Below, piece after piece: positions 57,546 through 64,000 of a stretch of 64,000 nucleotides of DNA (position 1 is the first letter of the stretch; each line of letters begins with the position of its first letter). The stretch is from Camelus ferus (Eukaryota): the NCBI RefSeq assembly GCF_009834535.1, contig NC_045697.1:114020001-114084000 (forward strand), written 5' to 3'. Both the position numbers and the translations under genes were made by a program. The notes under the pieces are model-generated. The model had not been told where the DNA came from. It searched no databases and was given only the letters and a program-made list of their open reading frames with translations.

Positions 57546-59344
57546 TCCCTCTTTTATTTGTGTGTTTTTTTCTTTTCAATTTAATCTCTCTACATAATCA
57601 AATCTCTTTATGTAAGCTAAGTAGAAGGGAAAAATGCTTGCATGCCAATAGCTTCTTGAGTAACTACGCCTGTTTAATTTAATATACTACAATACAAATT
57701 ACTATCCTCGAGGAGAACTGTGTAAATCAGTCCCAAGTTTAGTCAAGTCATCCTCCATATTAAATATTAAAAAAAGGAGAGAATGGCCTAAAGCCATTCA
57801 AGTGAAGGAGGATAGAGCCCAGCCTTTTTCCTACCTATTTCACTGTCTTTGGGGTAATTAATGGTGTCTGTCTCCTGGAACACAGATGAAACTTGCATTC
57901 AATAACTCATTGTTTATTCCTGTAAAATATGAGCAAATGTCACAGTGATTACACCATTATTTCTACAAAACAGGAACATCAAACAAGATTTTTCTGTCCC
58001 TGTCAGGAGAATAGTGCACGAGTTATAAACCATCTCTAGATTAAAAGAAAAGTAAAATATGACTTTCCTATTGAAACATCTTTAATCAAACAACCATCCT
58101 TTATCAAACAGCTCTCTTTTTACCAAAATTAGCTGAAATTAAATATTCTAAAGCATTAAAAGATACTGTTGGAAAGTAAGTCATGGGTCTTAAGGTTAGT
58201 GCCTCACCATCTGAAAATAAGATTCTTATCGGCTCTCAGAAAGCCGAAATATCCCAAGGACTGACATGGGATGTTAGCAGGTGACTTATTTTATAGTTCA
58301 AAAAGTAATACTTACTGATCTAATAATTTAAAGACTTGAGCAATCCCTTCCCAGACCCATGAGACTATTTCATTGTTTTTTGTCACTGTGCATTATTTGG
58401 AAAAAAAAATCTACCACAAAAATAGAAAATTGTAATGTTGTTTAGGAGCCATAGGAATTGAATAATTTTCAAAGCAGGAACCATACTTGGAAAATAACCT
58501 AAGCATGGCAAAACAAAAGAAATTGTTTTGGCTTATTATTAAGTCACTTAGAGCAACAAACAACACTGGTACTTAGGAAATATGGTTCTTTTCCTGTTAG
58601 CAAAGGAACAGTGATTCTGATTCATGAATAATCATTCTACTGTAGAAACATAGAAAAATTGACATTAATCACAGCATTTTTTACTTGTTAATAACAACAT
58701 ATAATTTTTTTCTCACAAAAATACCCACAGAGAACATGTATTATCTAAATTTTTATATAATGTATTTATTTATCTGGCTCTCATTTTTTTAAACATCACT
58801 CTCCAAAAAAAAGGTCAGAAAATTATTTTTCAAATTCTACTATTACCCCAATGTCTTTGATTTTTTTTTTCCTGAGTTTGCAGGGGATCTAAATCGTTAA
58901 TTATGTTTAGAAGAAATGATGGAAAACTTTTTTAAAACATGTATTAAAGATACAAGTCTTATCAATAATAAAATTATATGTGATAATGATAAAACACCGC
59001 AAGAATCTATCCAAATAATTAAAAATTATACAGAAATATAATGTTAGCCTTTCCCATGGGGCACTGCAGCATCTTATCTCTTTTAGAGTCTTTATCTACA
59101 TTAGTCAAAAATTAAAGCCTGTGTTAAGTTTGATTTATGCAATGGAAACTCATAATGCTCAAGATGTATATATAACTGCAGCCAGTTAACTTTGTGTGTG
59201 CATTGGGAGGGTGGCTGCGGTGGTTGGGGAGGAGATGTGTATGTTCATATACACAATTTAAGACCAAAACATGACAACAGCACAACTTGTAGAATTAAAA
59301 TTGTGGATACAGGCAAAAGGAGCTGTGTACAAAGGAATAAGGGA

Positions 59345-59520
59345 GAGGGTTTCTGGGTTTAAATCCACTTACTAGAAGCATTTGCTCAGGACAGTTACTG
59401 AGTCTGTCTCTGCCCTGGTGGAGGTGTAAACAGTACCTGTCCCCCCATGTCACAGGGGGAGTCACGTGGTCATGGATAGAAAGGGGTTAGAGGTGTGCCT
59501 GGCACTCACCAGTATCGGTG
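59345..59520 (+). mobile_element. MIR fragment
   Basis: ctgggtttaaatccacttactag...gaggtgtgcctggcactcacc. Confidence 0.5.
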
Positions 59521-59759
59521 TTCCTCAGCGTCACAAGATGAAGGAGGTGACTGAGCTGAAACAAGAAAGAGCCGATGATTGTAGGATCTCCCCCAACCCC
59601 ATTACTTTCTCTGCTCCTCCCTCTCCTCTTTCACTGGCTTTCCTGTCCTCTCAAAGTTTCTTGGTTTCCCAGTCTCCATCTCACTGGTCCTCTCACTGAA
59701 CTCCCTCCCTGGCGAGCTTGCTCAATCACCTGATTGTATCTGTCATTCATCTGTTCAAG

Positions 59760-59819
59760 GATGCACCAACCGATGCAATGACGCAGGTTGGAGAAGACCG
59801 CCAGGAGCAAAAGGAGTAA
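59760..59819 (+). CDS. Candidate terminal coding exon segment (DAPTDAMTQVGEDRQEQKE*)
   Basis: ~42-nt AG-free pyrimidine-rich zone ending ctgttcaag|G; purine- and CpG-rich 19 codons then TAA; phase 0 fits the RKKVKKVPESK frame of the micro-exon; AATAAA ~430 nt downstream. Confidence 0.35.
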   Translation, partial: DAPTDAMTQVGEDRQEQKE

Positions 59820-60246
59820 CACAAGCTCCATTGAGGATGTGTGAGTTTACGCTGTGTGCTATCCAGGTGAAGGAACGTGTAGAGCAGGGAACTTAGATCC
59901 ATGTGTCCAGAACTTAGGAAAAAAGAAATAGTAAGGTCTATTTCATAAGGTGAAGAACACAAAATGTGGATAAGTGACGTAATTTGCCAAATAATGCCAC
60001 TATTAAGTGGTAGAGAAAAGATAAAACAATCTTTTCCTGGCTTTCCAAATAGATCTAATGCTTCTCTTCTTGATTTTGCTCCCAAGCTGTTTCCAGAAGA
60101 CTCATTTCATTTATTCAAGGCTATTCTCACTTGCCAAATAATCGCAATAATACATGAATTACCTATAGCCATAGGATTAATGGGGGGGTAGAGTAAAAAA
60201 TGAAGTAATATATGAAAAAGCACTTTATTCTTATAAGTGTTAAATG

Positions 60247-60252
60247 AATAAA
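60247..60252 (+). terminator. Candidate polyadenylation signal AATAAA
   Basis: First AATAAA I see after the candidate stop; followed by CA near 60270 and U/GU-rich sequence. Confidence 0.3.
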
Positions 60253-60589
60253 ATGTTATATGTAATTTGCATGCATATAATTTAATGAAATATTGCATTT
60301 ATTTGTGCATAAAGATTTTACATTTAAGTTATATATGTGTATATATAAAATACATATTAAATGGGTCACTCTTATGGATAGTAATCATACCGTTTATTCT
60401 GTCTTCACCATTGAACGCACAAGTTAAATACTATTCTTTCCTCCCTACCTTGCTGCCTTATTGACCAGCTATCTTCTTACTCTCTTTCTTTCTTTCCTTC
60501 TTTTCCTTCTGTCTTCTTTTCTTTTATTTCCCTTCCTGTTTTCCCTAAGCATTCACGTGTTTAGAAGCAAATCTGCTAAGACTGCATAC

Positions 60590-60790
60590 CGTAATGGCTG
60601 AGATGCCAAATTTCAAAGCCAATCACCTGAATGTAAATTCTGAATGACTTCGGTTGCTGTGCTTTAGTTTCCCGTCTTTTAGGTGGACATGGCAGTTCCT
60701 GCCTTAGAGTTGTTGCTAGGAAATGGAATAGTGAGTGACCAACATCTGAACCGCAGTCAGTGCAAATGTAAATGTAACGTATTATTACTT
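60590..60790 (+). mobile_element. MIR fragment
   Basis: ctgtgctttagtttcccgtcttttaggtggacatggcagttcctgccttagagttgttgctagg. Confidence 0.55.
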
Positions 60791-60853
60791 CTTGACAGAT
60801 ACTGTGATAGAAAAGTCAAGATGAAAAAGATGATGAGTGACCCCTGCCAAAAA

Positions 60854-61001
60854 TTTTTTTAATTTTTTTTTGAGGGGGTGGGGAGTAAGTTAATTAGATC
60901 TACTTATTTAATTATTTTTTAAATGGAGGCCCTGGGGATTGAACCCAAGACCTCGTGCATGCCGAGCATGTGCTCTACCACTTGAGCTATACCCTCCCCC
61001 C
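60854..61001 (-). mobile_element. tRNA-derived SINE (Vic-1-like)
   Basis: Reverse complement reads gggggagggtatagctcaagtggtagagcacatgctcggcatgcacgaggtcttgggttcaatccccagg, with a T-rich tail at the left. Confidence 0.9.
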
Positions 61002-62379
61002 ACCATGTCTCCTCTAAGTGATCTTTAACAACCCAAGGTCGATGGAAGGAAAAGACATGGAAACAAATAACTGTAATAATAATTTGGGAGGTGATTACCA
61101 ATGTAGCATAATCCTGCAGTAAGACAGAAGAGAAGCTCTCTGATGTAATAGGGAAAGACTTCACACAAAGCACATATATTTGGGTCTATGCGGTAGGTTG
61201 CCACTATTTTGACTAATTCTATTGCATCTCTATGTGTCTAGAACTAGAATCTGGTGTTCTCATGTGTGACTACGACTACGACAGAACGTAGCTGGAAGCA
61301 AACCACAGTGCACTGGATTTTTGCATTTGTAGCCATTTGTTAGTCAATAGGATTGCTAACAAAATATATATAATCTCATAGTTAACAAAGTGAAAACAGC
61401 AACTGTAATTAAATCATTGGCAGGACAAGACAACATGGAATGAACACCCCTGGGCGAGTCTCTGTCCTATGGATCGCCTGTGCTGAGGCTGGAGGGTTGA
61501 CGAGAGGAAGTTTCCACTAATCTTATACGTGAAATATGAGCACCCGTCAACCGTGGGATGGCACGCTGGATTTGGGGAAAGGATTTTTACTGATTTTAAA
61601 GTCAATCTTTTCCTCTGAAATTATTTTGAATCAATATTTCTGTGTTAGTGTGCTAATTAAAGCTGTGCAATGAAGCCGACATAGAAGTTATAAAAGCTGC
61701 ACATTAAATCATAAAACATCAGTCTCTCTGTGGTTATTGAGAGGTTGGTCCCAACGTGAAATTTTTGCATATCATTGATTTAGATAGTTTTCCTATATGA
61801 AATGCTAACTTTCTAACTCAATTGATCAAACAAAATAATGATACATTTTTAAAGAAAACAGTAGGCAGTTTCAATTTTATCTTGGAACTTTATACAATTA
61901 TGATTACCCTTGTAATCTAAAAATTATCTCCCTAATGGATAGGCAGTGTCATACTTCTTGGAACCACCACAATGTCTGAAACAACATACAGAATTTTATA
62001 TAAAAATAAAAGTAAAGGGGAATAAATCCCTTTTTTTAATCTCTATCAAAGCAGCAAGAGAATGAGAAGCTTGCGGCTTTCGCACTAATGCCGCGAGAAC
62101 AATGGCTGTGGTGTGAAAATAACCTCGGGCTTGAATCCTGGCGCTAACAGTAACAGCGCTACCATTTCTTGAAGCATCAAATGTGTACCCCACTTCTTGG
62201 ATGTTTTGCATCTATTTCTCTGTACACAGACACACACACAGGCATATGCCCGGATCAGAAGGAGCCTTGAACATGTTAATCTGACCGACAGTTCCCACAT
62301 ACGAATTTGCTATCAGACCCTTCATGTACAATGATGAAAAGTAAAACTCATGGAAACGATGCAATGTGTCTAAGATCTA

Positions 62380-62600
62380 ATGGCCAGCGAGTGACTTCGT
62401 TGTCATTCAAATTCATGACCGTGTGACTCTTAGCTTCTATTCAATGATAACCTTCTTTTCACAGTCCTTGCAAGTTACTAAATGTCTGCTCAGTTCCACT
62501 CCTTACATATGACGTTCTTCATCGATACAGGAGGGAGTGCTACCAATTGCCTTATAAGCTTGTTGTAAAAAATGAATGCATTAAGGAGATGCACATAGAA
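62380..62600 (+). mobile_element. MIR fragment
   Basis: ccttgcaagttactaaatgtctgctcagttcc...ataagcttgttgtaaaaatgaatg. Confidence 0.5.
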
Positions 62601-62761
62601 AACAGTGAGACACACCTATAAAACACTGACTTTTTTCTTCCTGAAGGGAATCCACCATTTTTAATATCTTATCTGGATCGCAGTCTTGCATTGTATACGA
62701 TATATACAAGGAGTTTCCCTTTGTTAAAAATATGAATCTGATAAAGATGTAAAATGCAGTA

Positions 62762-63089
62762 TGGCAGTCCTCACTAATCTGAAGTTTAGCTTTTTCCATG
62801 ATTTTAGTTAGCCAGGGTCAACAGTACAGGACAAAAAAATATTAAATGGAAAATTCTAGAAATAAACAATTCTTAAGTTTTAAATTTCATACCATTCTCA
62901 GTGATGTGATGAAATTTCACACCACCCCCCTCAGTCCCTCTGGAGCCACGATTCAACACTTTGTCCAGTGTATCCACCCTATATAAGGTCCATGCCAGAT
63001 AGAATGGAAAAAAAAAATCACAGTATATGAAAGATTTGGTACTATGTGCAGTTTCCCACATTCCGGTGGATAAGGGGGTGGGACTAAGG
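62762..63089 (+). mobile_element. MER44A-like Tigger7-derived MITE
   Basis: aaaatattaaatggaaaattctagaaataaacaattcttaagttttaaatt...tttgtccagtgtatccac...ggataagggggtgggacta resembles MER44A, including decayed TIRs. Confidence 0.8.
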
Positions 63090-64000
63090 CATTCAGTTCC
63101 TGGCCCAGGGTGGGTAGGTAATAATTGGTAGCAGATCATTCTTATTTGTCTGTTTTCATGAAATTCAAAATTACAAAATCTCGGGACTTCTTGCTGTTGT
63201 GGTTGTTTGGATATTTTTTGAAATCAAATTAAGAATCGTGCTTGCTGATCCACTTACAGTTTCTAGGAGATCTGAACCCACAAGATATCAGATTTCATTA
63301 TTTTTACATAATTGGATGTTTACTCTCACTTACAACACTTACAGCTTTAATCTCTTTGCAGACATTCCCAGGTCTCTCTCTTTCTCTGTGTCTGTCTTTA
63401 TTTTGGTGTTTCCTTATTTTGGACCAAGGATTGATATTCCTTTGAGTCCTATTTTATATCTACTTCCACAATCCCTGTAATATAGTTTACAATTATGACC
63501 TTCTCTTTAGAAAATAATAGCATTTATGTTAGTAACACAATTTCTCAGTCTCCCAGTCGATTAGAAAGGTCATTCATTGTACAGAGGTGATTTTGGACCA
63601 TCATCCAATAATACTACCTTAGCTTTGCTGTTTTATTTCACAGAAGTTTAAATTTTAAAAAAGTGTAAGAAATACAGTGTGTTCAGTTATTTTATGACTA
63701 TAAGTGGTACAATAATAAAGGAAAATATTCAATCTTCAATCTAAAGCATGAACTATTCAACCTTACGGATGCTCGAGTCTTTGTGCCTGGCAGGCATGAG
63801 TGCACGCACAGGGATTTTGGCTGATGCTAACAGAAGTCAAACCTCCTGGCATCTGCTCTCCTGATAGCCCCCAAGCACAAGAACTTCAAATCCAGCACCT
63901 CAGACCACCTCATTAGAATCAGTTCCAATCTTCAATCACTTAATACAGGTTGACCTTATGCTGCCTGAAGAAACCAGCAAAAATGGTTACCTGTGTTTAA

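Noticed and set aside
59631..59831. Minus-strand ORF with a signal-peptide-like start (MELVLLLLLLAVFS)
   Set aside because: Weak Kozak context and no promoter evidence; the hydrophobic run is the antisense of the purine-rich + strand candidate exon.

Overview
AT-rich mammalian (eutherian) genomic DNA, most likely from a camelid, judged from three tRNA-Ala-derived Vic-1-type SINEs and cetartiodactyl-type L1 and ERV1 LTR sequences. Much of the window is interspersed repeat: old and young L1s (including a 5'-inverted insertion and an internally deleted L1MA-type copy), three MER41-like solo LTRs, LTR40/LTR33-like ERVL LTRs, L2, MIR and Tigger-family MITEs. The supplied ORFs are L1 remnants or chance ORFs. 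The best non-repeat signal is a possible + strand 3' end of a gene with very large introns: a strong 31/34-nt micro-exon at 30778-30811 and a candidate terminal exon at 59760-~60270 (stop codon, then AATAAA), together reading ...RKKVKKVPESK|DAPTDAMTQVGEDRQEQKE*. I cannot name the gene. Several repeat-free blocks rich in homeodomain, TCF and nuclear-receptor motifs look like conserved enhancers. I found no prokaryote-type systems and no convincing novel multi-gene system. Repeat family names are from recall of consensus sequences, not a database search.
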